IMG/VR virus record: IMGVR_UViG_3300020442_000455
Location: 1-59,324 of that record
Origin: a virus
Lineage: Duplodnaviria; Caudoviricetes
Reading direction: 5' to 3' (one strand)
DNA: 59,324 bases
Shown here: piece by piece, positions 1 to 8,430 of the stretch
How positions within the stretch are numbered: the stretch's first letter is position 1
Layout: every line of letters begins with the position of its first letter
Translations under genes and position numbers: made by a program
Notes under the pieces: generated by a model
Told to the model about the DNA's origin: nothing
What the model saw: the letters and a program-made list of their open reading frames with translations, nothing else
Databases searched by the model: none

Positions 1-53
1 TAGTTACCCAACCCAAGGATGGGTAGGTATATCCTCCACGATTATATAGACAT

Positions 54-78
54 AAAAAAAGGACCCCGAAGGGTCCTT
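54..78 (-). terminator. Rho-independent terminator after the major capsid gene
   Basis: Minus strand reads AAGGACCC-TTCG-GGGTCC-TTTTTTT: GC stem, C(UUCG)G tetraloop typical of T4 terminators, and a U-tract, 20 nt downstream of the gp23 stop. Confidence 0.92.
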
Positions 79-97
79 GGTAATATGTGAACCGATA

Positions 98-1495
98 TCA
101 CATGAGGTTTGCAACCTGTACTCTTCTGTAGTAACGGTTTGCGTTAGCGGTGAGCGCACCAGAACCTTGAGTAAGACCATTAGCGAATGGGTTAGATACC
201 ATGCCGTAACGAGTCTTGAAGCCAATCTTAGGCTGGAAGGTGTTAGGATTGATAGCGCGGACCATCTGCAGTGGAACGTATGGGCAGTAGAACAGACCAG
301 CGTCATAAGCGTTGGTGCCCTTGTAACCGACGACATAGAAGTGCTTGTCGCTTACGTTTGCAGAGTAAGGATCAACGTAGACCTTGATGCGACCATTCAG
401 AGTACCAACCAGGGTGCTGGAGGTGTCATCAGGGATCAGACCGTTGTTGCCGTTCAGAGCAGGAGCATAATCGAGAACGCCTGCCATAGCAAGAGCGGAC
501 GCCACGTCTGCAGAGCAGATCATGATGTTGCCCTTCCCGCGACGAGTCTCATGCCCGATTGCGTTTGCATCTCTTTCAATCTGGAAGAGAAGACCTTTGA
601 ACTTCTCAACCGACCAGCGACCGTTGGAGTCAACGTCGAGGTCGAATACGCCTGCAGTTGCAGTGTTGTTCTGAGCGCCAGGACGTGCGTTGGTGTACAC
701 AGTACGAACAACTTCACGGTTGATTTCAGCAAGGATCTCAGTAGAGAGGATGTTGCTGAGCTCTTGCTCGGCGTCCAGACCATGAACTGCCTTCAGGTCT
801 TGAGCAAGTTCCAAGCTGTACTCAGCTTTGAGTGCTCTGGACTTAGCGGTCACGGTGACCTTCTCGATCGAGAAGCCCATTTCGCGGAACGCTGTAGATG
901 CGCTGCTATCATCAAGTGCTTCAGCAGTTGATGTTGTCATACCAGTTGCATCACCAGTAACCTCATAAGTGCCAGCAGGGCTGTCATTGAGGAGACCAGG
1001 GTTTGCACCTTCAGCATCGTTGACTGCGCTGGAGGATGCAGTAGGATCGTAGTTGGAGAGACCTGTGCCTGCACCACCAGAGAAACCTGCGTTAGGCTCG
1101 TTGAAGAATGCCTCACGGAAGTCGCCGCTAGTAGCATCGCGCTCGCTGCCATAAGCAGTACGCATTGCAAAGATCAGACCAGTAGGACCAGTCATTGGTT
1201 GTACGCCAGCAATATCATATGCGATAAGCTGAGGCATGGATCTGCGGATCAGGGAGATCAGTACAGGGTCGAAACCTGCAACTGGACCTGTAGCGGTAGC
1301 TGAACCACCGAAACCACCTGTACCAACAGTTTGAACGGTTTCCGAAAGAATCTGTGCTTCCTCGGACAGTGCTTTTTCTTGGTTTTCCAGGATTTGAGCG
1401 ACTACGCCGCGCTTGTGGGAGTCTTCGATTTGTGGAAGAGACTCGTGGTCAAGAACGGGTGCCCACTTTTCCTGGAGTTGTCTTAGATCGGACAT
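98..1495 (-). CDS. gp23: Major capsid protein (T4 gp23 family)
   Basis: 465 aa with gp23 motifs LQEKWAPVL, FDPVLISLIRR, GVQPMTGPTGLIFAMR, SRALKAEYSLELAQDLKAVHGLDAEQEL, YCPYVPLQM, FQPKIGFKTRYG; upstream AAAGGAG RBS. Confidence 0.98.
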   Translation of the reverse strand: MSDLRQLQEKWAPVLDHESLPQIEDSHKRGVVAQILENQEKALSEEAQILSETVQTVGTGGFGGSATATGPVAGFDPVLISLIRRSMPQLIAYDIAGVQPMTGPTGLIFAMRTAYGSERDATSGDFREAFFNEPNAGFSGGAGTGLSNYDPTASSSAVNDAEGANPGLLNDSPAGTYEVTGDATGMTTSTAEALDDSSASTAFREMGFSIEKVTVTAKSRALKAEYSLELAQDLKAVHGLDAEQELSNILSTEILAEINREVVRTVYTNARPGAQNNTATAGVFDLDVDSNGRWSVEKFKGLLFQIERDANAIGHETRRGKGNIMICSADVASALAMAGVLDYAPALNGNNGLIPDDTSSTLVGTLNGRIKVYVDPYSANVSDKHFYVVGYKGTNAYDAGLFYCPYVPLQMVRAINPNTFQPKIGFKTRYGMVSNPFANGLTQGSGALTANANRYYRRVQVANLM

Positions 1496-1543
1496 TTGAA
1501 ATGTTACTCCTTTGAAAAAATGTTATTTACAAATAATTACGAA

Positions 1544-2623
1544 TTACTTGGACCAGCGTGCTAGAGCAGCCACATAAGAGCTCATTGCATTATTCGTTGC
1601 TGGTGCTTCTTCTACCAAAGGTTCTGCGTCCTCGGTCACTGTCTCAGTAGTAGATACTGACTCGCGGCGAGTAAAGTAGGATTCCTTGATAGTATTGACT
1701 TTATTTCTAAAGTCTTCTTCACTTTCAAACTCAACACCCTCTGCCAGAGAAGCAAGCTTCTCCTTCTGAGTCTCAGCGAGACCTGCAGCGACTTCGCTCA
1801 CAATACCCATTTTCATATAACCGCCCAACTGCTTATTGAGTTGAACATTGGTGTCGATTTGCTCGTTGAGTTTTGATTCCATCTCATCAAGCTGTTCAGT
1901 CATGCCATCCAGCATGTTGAACTTTTCTTCAGGAACACTGATATTGTGCTCCGTGAAGAGACCTTTTAGACCCTTCATGAAAGACTCTGCAATGTCGTTT
2001 TTGATACCGTGCTCAATGGCGAGTTCGTTCTCGGACATCCATTGTTGAGCAGCATACGACAGATAATCGTCTACTTGAGTGGTCAATTCTTCTTTGAGAT
2101 CAGATACTTGCTTTTCAAGTTCTGCCTCAAATGCTTCTTTTAGTGCTGCAACTTCCTGATTTACCTTAGAAGTTACTGCTGCTTCAAAGATTGTTTTTGC
2201 ACGATCTCTGAATTCTTCGGAGAGCTCTTCACCAGCGACAAGAGCGTCAACATCTTCAGCAAAGTCGTATTCGGCTTCAGTGATTGTTTCTTCTTTGTCA
2301 TCTGTTTCAACCTCGTCAAAGATTTTGGAGGATAGAGCACCAGGCATTGCGCTCGATGCATCAGATGGTTTTGTTTTGAGAGTTTTGTCGCCTTCAACTC
2401 CAACAGCACCAGCTGCTGCAGCACCGAGATTCTTAGTGCCAGCGGCACCTTCCTCGGAATCGTTGCGAGTGCCACCGATCTCTGCATATTTTGCACCAGA
2501 TCTGTCTTGCTTCTCGCCTGCTTTAGCGCCTTTTTTCACAGCCGCATAACCAGTAGCTGCGTCCTCGGAGACTTGCTCCTCAGAGAGATGCGCCTCAAAC
2601 TCTTTGTCAAGGGTTTCGGACAT
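1544..2623 (-). CDS. gp22: Prohead core scaffolding protein (gp22)
   Basis: Acidic, coiled-coil-like protein with ELSEEFRDRAKTIFEAAV, VDDYLSY, KLASLAEGVEF and IKESYF, lying between gp21 and gp23. Start moved to the ATG at 2623 because AAAGGAG precedes it (ORF track start is 2647). Confidence 0.93.
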   Translation of the reverse strand: MSETLDKEFEAHLSEEQVSEDAATGYAAVKKGAKAGEKQDRSGAKYAEIGGTRNDSEEGAAGTKNLGAAAAGAVGVEGDKTLKTKPSDASSAMPGALSSKIFDEVETDDKEETITEAEYDFAEDVDALVAGEELSEEFRDRAKTIFEAAVTSKVNQEVAALKEAFEAELEKQVSDLKEELTTQVDDYLSYAAQQWMSENELAIEHGIKNDIAESFMKGLKGLFTEHNISVPEEKFNMLDGMTEQLDEMESKLNEQIDTNVQLNKQLGGYMKMGIVSEVAAGLAETQKEKLASLAEGVEFESEEDFRNKVNTIKESYFTRRESVSTTETVTEDAEPLVEEAPATNNAMSSYVAALARWSK

Positions 2624-2663
2624 TGGTTGTTCTCCTTTAGTCGGCATTTGCTTTTCTATAGAT

Positions 2664-2671
2664 TATTTATA
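2664..2671 (-). promoter_or_regulatory. T4-type late promoter TATAAATA upstream of gp22
   Basis: Exact TATAAATA on the minus strand in the gp21-gp22 intergenic gap. Confidence 0.85.
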
Positions 2672-2673
2672 CT

Positions 2674-3318
2674 TTACAAACTTTGTAGAAACGACTGGAA
2701 CGCGGAAACTTTGCGCTCCTGTAGGTTGATTAGAGTTGCATCATCAATAGTTACTTTGATTTGTGCAACTTCAGACTCCTTCAGGATGCCGTTATCCCAG
2801 ATCCACTCTTTCCCTTCCATGATTCCATCTACAAATGCGTCTGGAGCGGAAGGATCTGCTACGATATCAGCAGCGGTAGCGAGCATAAAGTCGTCCGCGA
2901 CCACTTGATATCCTTCTTTTTTGACTAGCGATCCCATACCGCGTGATGAAACACCCAGTTTGATACCTTCGTCAAGGAGATTCTTTGCGATCTGACCCAT
3001 AGGGGTCGAAAGAATCTTTGCGCGACCAACATAGTTGGTGCCCTCCTTATTTAGTGACAAAATTTTGTGAGAAACTCTGTCGAGGTTGAGATTTGGACCA
3101 TCGGGGTGACCCAACTCACCTAAAGCACGGTCAGTTTTGATGAAAGACTCGCTATATTTCTCGACCTCACGGTCAAGAACCTTCATAGGATACATTCTCC
3201 CATTGCGATTTTTGATTTCGCCTTGGAGGAAAATACCTTCAATGAAGTAATGCTTCTTGCCTTCCTTTTCTTCTGAGAGAAAAGTTACTTCTTCAATCTG
3301 TTCCGAGATCAGTTTCAT
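2674..3318 (-). CDS. gp21: Prohead protease (gp21)
   Basis: IEGIFLQ..KNRNGRMYP, ALGELGHP, LGVSSRGMGSL and DIVADPSAPDAFV are gp21 hallmarks. Confidence 0.96.
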   Translation of the reverse strand: MKLISEQIEEVTFLSEEKEGKKHYFIEGIFLQGEIKNRNGRMYPMKVLDREVEKYSESFIKTDRALGELGHPDGPNLNLDRVSHKILSLNKEGTNYVGRAKILSTPMGQIAKNLLDEGIKLGVSSRGMGSLVKKEGYQVVADDFMLATAADIVADPSAPDAFVDGIMEGKEWIWDNGILKESEVAQIKVTIDDATLINLQERKVSAFQSFLQSL

Positions 3319-3625
3319 TTTCCGTATCCTGTGCTTGTGTTGTTTCTAGTTCTTCGGTGTCTCCTGGCGGATCATGAGGCATCCGACCATCAACTGTAAC
3401 GTCTTCGGGTGGATCACTACCATCGGGAAGAGAATCAGAGAGTTCATCTGCAACCTCCTGAGCAGTATCATCAAGTTCAAAACCCCATTGTTTTGCGATT
3501 TCGACTTTTTTCTGCTGGATCATATCATATGCTCGGTCCTGAATGGCGTTGCCAACAGAATCGACCGTAGCGGACTTGTCACCCGCGAACACCTTATCAA
3601 CTATATCTTGTGCAAGATCAGACAT
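3293..3625 (-). CDS. Small acidic prohead core protein, gp67-like
   Basis: 110 aa between gp20 and gp21, with an N-terminal helical part ending IQQKKVEIAK and an acidic tail, as in T4 gp67. GGAG RBS and a late-promoter variant TCTAAATA (3648-3655) lie upstream. Confidence 0.65.
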   Translation of the reverse strand: MSDLAQDIVDKVFAGDKSATVDSVGNAIQDRAYDMIQQKKVEIAKQWGFELDDTAQEVADELSDSLPDGSDPPEDVTVDGRMPHDPPGDTEELETTQAQDTENETDLGTD

Positions 3626-3650
3626 AATGTTGTCACTCCGTATATACTAT

Positions 3651-5294
3651 TTAGAACTTAGAAATTTTCTTATCTTCCGCGTCGATATCATCTTGCGTGA
3701 AAAGAGGTTCTTCCTCAGGTACTGGATTAGATGGATCCGCCATTCCGCTTTCTCCTTCCATGCCACCACCCATCATTTCACCCATAGGATCATTAGGATC
3801 CTGAATCAAACCTTCCTTCATTTCAGTCTCGATTTGTTTATCGATCTCTAAAATTTCACGGTCAGTCTGTTTGATAACTTGACGACGAATATACTCGATT
3901 GAGAAATATTTACCTACGAATGGATCCATGGTATTTACCATGTTCATCCTCTCGTTCATAATCTCAATTTCCTTGAGTTCAGTGAAGTAGTTATCCGCAA
4001 TGTAATCATATTGGATATGTTCCTTCATCTCATCCCATTCTTCAATGGAGATGATACCTTTCAAGATAAGTTGTGTTTTTAGAAGGTCAGTGAATAGTTC
4101 ACTAAACCTTTTACGCAGTCTCGCAACAAATTTTTGGAACTTTACTTCGTCCCGTGTAATTTCTGCTGCACGACCGATATTGAATGTCTGCTCAGTCTCC
4201 ATACGGGACTCAGGAACATTCAAAGATTTGTAGAGTTTTTTCTGGAAGTATTTGACATCCTCCAGTTCACCCAAGTTTTGACCACCAGGGAGAGTAGTAA
4301 TCTCCGTTCCTCTACCGCCTTCGCGACGAGGTAGCCAAAAATCCTCAAGCATTGACATAAACTTCTTATCGTCTCGGATTTCGCCAGTAGCTGCGTCATA
4401 CACAAGCTTGTTGCGATACCGACCCATAACCTCACGGAGATATTGCTCTGCCTTCTGCTTAGGTAAATTACCCACATCAATGTAGAAAATTCTTCGCTCT
4501 GGAGCACGGGACAACCGATAGATAACAAGTGAGTCTTCAATCATGCGGAGTTGGTTTACCGCCTTGATAGCTTTATGAAGATGTGATAATACCATGTTCT
4601 TATTCAGATCCATGATACCGCTGTTGACATACGATACCGAATCGGCAGCGATCTTCAAACCATTCTGCTGAGGTCCGCCACCAACAGAGTTGAGTGCCTT
4701 CAGACCTTTAGGATGGTATAGAAAATATTCAACAGACTTTTGTGATAGTGCTTCGTCAATGCCAGCGCCTTTTTGAACTGGCTTGTTTTCTACTTCCTTG
4801 ACCTTGCGAATCTTACGAGGATCGATGTAGCGTAGTTCTACAATACCACCGTTAGGATCCTTAGGGTCAATTACCTTATGATAAAACAATCTTCCATCAA
4901 CATACCATCGACGGAAGATTTCATAAGATCGATTCTCAAAATCAAGAAGACGAAGAATCTCATCGAATTCATCGCGGATTAGTCTCTTGATTTTTTCAGA
5001 AACTTTTAGGTTGCTTAGTTCAATTTCAACTGGTACATCATCAAAGTTACCACAGATCGTCTCATTGACGATATCATCTACGGCAGAATCACATTCAGGT
5101 TGGAGAATCATCTCACGATAACGTGAAATAAGTTCCCATTCATTACGGATCTGTCCATCAAAATCGACAGAATAACCATAATGACCACCACCAGCAACAG
5201 GTAGAGTGCCATCTAGATTATCCTTTTGAACGAAAGAAGGTCCCTTGGGGACCTTCTTCGCTCTCTCGATTGAAAATCCAAAGAGTTGAGACAT
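3651..5294 (-). CDS. gp20: Portal vertex protein (gp20)
   Basis: 547 aa with FRRWYVDGR, ELRYIDPRKI, NQLRMIEDSLVIYRLSRAPERRIFYIDVGNLPK and EDFWLPRREGGRGTEITTLPGGQNLG. Confidence 0.98.
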   Translation of the reverse strand: MSQLFGFSIERAKKVPKGPSFVQKDNLDGTLPVAGGGHYGYSVDFDGQIRNEWELISRYREMILQPECDSAVDDIVNETICGNFDDVPVEIELSNLKVSEKIKRLIRDEFDEILRLLDFENRSYEIFRRWYVDGRLFYHKVIDPKDPNGGIVELRYIDPRKIRKVKEVENKPVQKGAGIDEALSQKSVEYFLYHPKGLKALNSVGGGPQQNGLKIAADSVSYVNSGIMDLNKNMVLSHLHKAIKAVNQLRMIEDSLVIYRLSRAPERRIFYIDVGNLPKQKAEQYLREVMGRYRNKLVYDAATGEIRDDKKFMSMLEDFWLPRREGGRGTEITTLPGGQNLGELEDVKYFQKKLYKSLNVPESRMETEQTFNIGRAAEITRDEVKFQKFVARLRKRFSELFTDLLKTQLILKGIISIEEWDEMKEHIQYDYIADNYFTELKEIEIMNERMNMVNTMDPFVGKYFSIEYIRRQVIKQTDREILEIDKQIETEMKEGLIQDPNDPMGEMMGGGMEGESGMADPSNPVPEEEPLFTQDDIDAEDKKISKF

Positions 5295-5319
5295 TATGTT
5301 ATAGAAGTCCTATCCAGAC

Positions 5320-5327
5320 TATTTATA
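5320..5327 (-). promoter_or_regulatory. Late promoter TATAAATA upstream of gp20
   Basis: Exact consensus in the gp19-gp20 gap. Confidence 0.85.
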
Positions 5328-5337
5328 CGACTTCAGA

Positions 5338-6042
5338 TCAGCGTTGGCGACCACCGCGTGAAGCACCTCTGCGCTCCTTAGGTTGCCAGTATTGTACTTG
5401 CAGTTCAACGGTGAACTCTTCAATAGCATCATTGCTACCGTAATCTACGTCGATTGCGGAGATGTTGCTTGGGAAGACGTTGACGAACTCATAACGTGCG
5501 AGTTCTGCAGTAGTCTTAGGGCTGTTCTTACCACGAGCAGCGCGACCTCTCGATCCGCCAGGACGTGACTTGAAGTTTGCTGCGCCATCACGGGACAGTT
5601 GAACAACTTCCATGTCAGCGAAATAACCCTGAGTATCCTTACGATTACCCAGACCACCGATGGTGGTGAAGTTCTCGTTAGGTGCTTGGATGTTGTTGAA
5701 CCAGGACTCAAATGCGGAACGCAGTGAGAATCCAGTGTCATTCATGATGGTGATAGTCCATGGTTCAAAGGTTCTATCGCCTGCGATTTTCAGGACGCGA
5801 CCTCTGAATGGAACTTCGATAACACCCATCTGGGAAGATGGGAGGTTTGCTGCTCTAACAGTAAATCTACCGAGGTTGGCCAGCTGTGCTGGAGATGCCC
5901 CCAGGTCACGCTTCCTGAGCGCACCTGGGAAACGAAGGATGACTTCAAATAGATTAGGTCTAGCGAAATCACCTCTTACGGCACCCTTGAAAGTATCGAT
6001 AGAACTGTCAGCAGTTTTTCTGCTAACTTTGTTTCTTGCCAT
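5338..6042 (-). CDS. gp19: Tail tube protein (gp19)
   Basis: ARPNLFEV, IEVPFRGRVLKIAGDRTFEPWTITIMND and FPSNISAIDVDY..NDAIEEFTVELQVQYW; position between gp18 and gp20. Confidence 0.95.
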   Translation of the reverse strand: MARNKVSRKTADSSIDTFKGAVRGDFARPNLFEVILRFPGALRKRDLGASPAQLANLGRFTVRAANLPSSQMGVIEVPFRGRVLKIAGDRTFEPWTITIMNDTGFSLRSAFESWFNNIQAPNENFTTIGGLGNRKDTQGYFADMEVVQLSRDGAANFKSRPGGSRGRAARGKNSPKTTAELARYEFVNVFPSNISAIDVDYGSNDAIEEFTVELQVQYWQPKERRGASRGGRQR

Positions 6043-6086
6043 TGTTCTTTATACTCCGATGTTTATTTGATAGTACCTAATCTAGA

Positions 6087-8366
6087 TCAACCTTCGCCTG
6101 CTTCACTGAAAGCAACGCCAGAGCGAGTTGCTGTGAAGGTTAGGGTGATGTAGTTGATGGTTGGAGTTGGTTTGATGAAGATCTCAGCATAGAACTCACC
6201 TCTATCAACAGCATCTTGAGGGTTGTTGGAAGAGTCACACTTGACCAGATAGTCAACGATACCTCTTCTACCTTGTACATCTCTCAGATATGGCTCGACC
6301 AGACCAGTGAAGGATGAACGAGTGATGTCGTCGTTCTGTTCAAAGAGAACAGTTTGTGCTGCATCAGCAATGACATCTTCGATTACGATGAACAGACGAC
6401 GAACGTTGATTCTGTCGAATGCAGAAGCAAATCCTTGTGCAGTCTTATCACCATAGAGGATGGTGCCCTGACCAGGGAAGGTAACCAGTGGGTTGACTCT
6501 CGAAGAATACAGCTTGTCGCGCTGGTCCTTCTTAGGAGAGTATGCAAGTCTGACAGAGTTACGGATGTTACCTCTGTTGAAACCTGCTGGGGAGAACCAA
6601 GGTTCTTCAGTCAGTGCGGTGTCAAGTACGAGACCTGCAACGTCACCGTTACATGGGATGTAGCGGAAGACATCGTTGTACTTGTCGTAGATGTACTTGT
6701 AACCAGAGTCGAATACAGCGTAGTTGGATCCACCTGCTTTGTCGAAGTATTCTACGATTTCTTTAGCGATCTCATCACCATCAGTACGACCAATGATGTT
6801 AGCGCGGAGAGGCGAGAAGAATGCCATGCAATCTTTACGCTGCTCACAGATGCTAATCAGGTGAGTGATCTTCGCCAGACCAGCAGACTCGTTAGGACCT
6901 GCAGGACCAGAGATGATGAAATCAATATCTTGTGATTCAGGATCGTCAACCAGGGAGAATGCAGTGTTCAGATCATCGGAAGTGAACTGATATGCGCTAT
7001 TAGAGATAGCGTAGTCAGCACCACCTACGAAGTCATAGAACAGTGTAGAACCACCGTTGCTACCGTAAGTAGTATCGCCAGAAGGCTCTTCCAGAGATCC
7101 ACGAGTGTTACGAACCAGGTTGAAGTCACGGTTAGCAACCGACAGACCCCAATCACCAGCAGCTGCGCTAGCACCTACGGTGAATACCATTGCAGGATGC
7201 TCACCCCAGAGAACCCAGTTAGAGAACTGCTTGAGGACTTCCTTGTAGTAGTTGGTCTCACCAACTGTGCTACGAGCATCAGAACCTTTAGAAAGACCGA
7301 TGTGCTTCTCTAGCAGAGTATAAGGAGTTCCACTTACACCACCATCATAGTCGAGGACCAGGATGTGGAGTTCGTCGCGGTGACCACCTTTTTCGGTAGC
7401 GTAACGAGTTGTACCAGGACGCTCAGCAACGTTGATCCACTTTTGACCAGGCAGATACTCACGCTCAAGATATTCAATCCGAACGGAAGAAACTGTGACA
7501 GCAGTAGAAGCAGCGTCGTCAACACTATCGCTTGCAGCGAAGTTGATCGAACCCTTGTTAGTTACGGAAAGCAGTTCACGAGCAATACCGCTAGTTGCGA
7601 TGACTGCTGTGTTAGTGCCTTGAGTGACGGTCATACCGTCAGCGATGATACCAGTAACGCCTGCAGTAGGAATACCAATCTCAAGGATCTTCAGATCAGC
7701 GTCCCAAGAGAGAACATCAACTGCTTCGTTAGAACCAGAGATCTCAATGGTAGTGCTAGTTCCAGGAACGAATGTTCCAACAACGGTATCAACGGTGAGT
7801 TTGATTCTGTAGGAGTGTACCTTACCAGCTGCCCCAGATGCTGCAGTCAGTGCATCACCTGAAGTAAATCTCCACTCGTTACCTGAACCAGGTGCGGGCA
7901 GTGCGAGAATTTGGTCTGCTCCTGCATCGGTCAGGAACATACGGACTGAGTTACCGAGGGTTCCTGGGTAACGTACGGCGAATTCCCAATTGTTTGCGGA
8001 AGCAGGTTGCTCGAACGTCTGCTCGTAAACATCGGTATTCTGAATCTTGACTGGTGTCACTGGTGTGGCAGTGCCGTCAGATACAGCATTCTTTAGTGCT
8101 GCTGCGTCTGTACGGATAGTTTTCAGTAGTCCACCATACTGGAGGAACTGGATACCTGAAAACCAGTGCTCATAGTTGTAGTCATCGGGTCCACCGAAAC
8201 GATCTACAACTTCCTGCTCATCGCTGTTCTCGACGACCTCATTTACTGGTCCCCACTTGAAAGGTCCTGCAATCACACCAACGTTGCCCTGTTGGACATC
8301 AAAGTTAGCGGATAGGTCTCTTTCTAGAACAACTACACCAGGAGATAGTTGTGTATTTGCTGGCAT
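6087..8366 (-). CDS. gp18: Tail sheath protein (gp18)
   Basis: 759 aa with LSPGVVVLERDLS, GPFKWGPV, RKDCMAFFSP, WFSPAGFNRG, SAFDRINVRRLF and IFIKPTPTINYITLTF. Confidence 0.97.
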   Translation of the reverse strand: MPANTQLSPGVVVLERDLSANFDVQQGNVGVIAGPFKWGPVNEVVENSDEQEVVDRFGGPDDYNYEHWFSGIQFLQYGGLLKTIRTDAAALKNAVSDGTATPVTPVKIQNTDVYEQTFEQPASANNWEFAVRYPGTLGNSVRMFLTDAGADQILALPAPGSGNEWRFTSGDALTAASGAAGKVHSYRIKLTVDTVVGTFVPGTSTTIEISGSNEAVDVLSWDADLKILEIGIPTAGVTGIIADGMTVTQGTNTAVIATSGIARELLSVTNKGSINFAASDSVDDAASTAVTVSSVRIEYLEREYLPGQKWINVAERPGTTRYATEKGGHRDELHILVLDYDGGVSGTPYTLLEKHIGLSKGSDARSTVGETNYYKEVLKQFSNWVLWGEHPAMVFTVGASAAAGDWGLSVANRDFNLVRNTRGSLEEPSGDTTYGSNGGSTLFYDFVGGADYAISNSAYQFTSDDLNTAFSLVDDPESQDIDFIISGPAGPNESAGLAKITHLISICEQRKDCMAFFSPLRANIIGRTDGDEIAKEIVEYFDKAGGSNYAVFDSGYKYIYDKYNDVFRYIPCNGDVAGLVLDTALTEEPWFSPAGFNRGNIRNSVRLAYSPKKDQRDKLYSSRVNPLVTFPGQGTILYGDKTAQGFASAFDRINVRRLFIVIEDVIADAAQTVLFEQNDDITRSSFTGLVEPYLRDVQGRRGIVDYLVKCDSSNNPQDAVDRGEFYAEIFIKPTPTINYITLTFTATRSGVAFSEAGEG

Positions 8367-8405
8367 GTCTAAAACTCCTAGAAGAATCTTTACAGTTTCT
8401 AGAAA

Positions 8406-8413
8406 TATTTATA
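8406..8413 (-). promoter_or_regulatory. Late promoter TATAAATA upstream of gp18
   Basis: Exact consensus in the gp17-gp18 gap. Confidence 0.85.
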
Positions 8414-8430
8414 AATTGCTATCTTTCAAA

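Noticed and set aside
77-931. 284-aa plus-strand ORF
   Set aside because: Antisense shadow of gp23 with no recognisable motifs; explained by sense-strand codon bias.
6354-7862. 193-aa and 165-aa plus-strand ORFs
   Set aside because: Antisense to gp18; no motif or expression signals seen.
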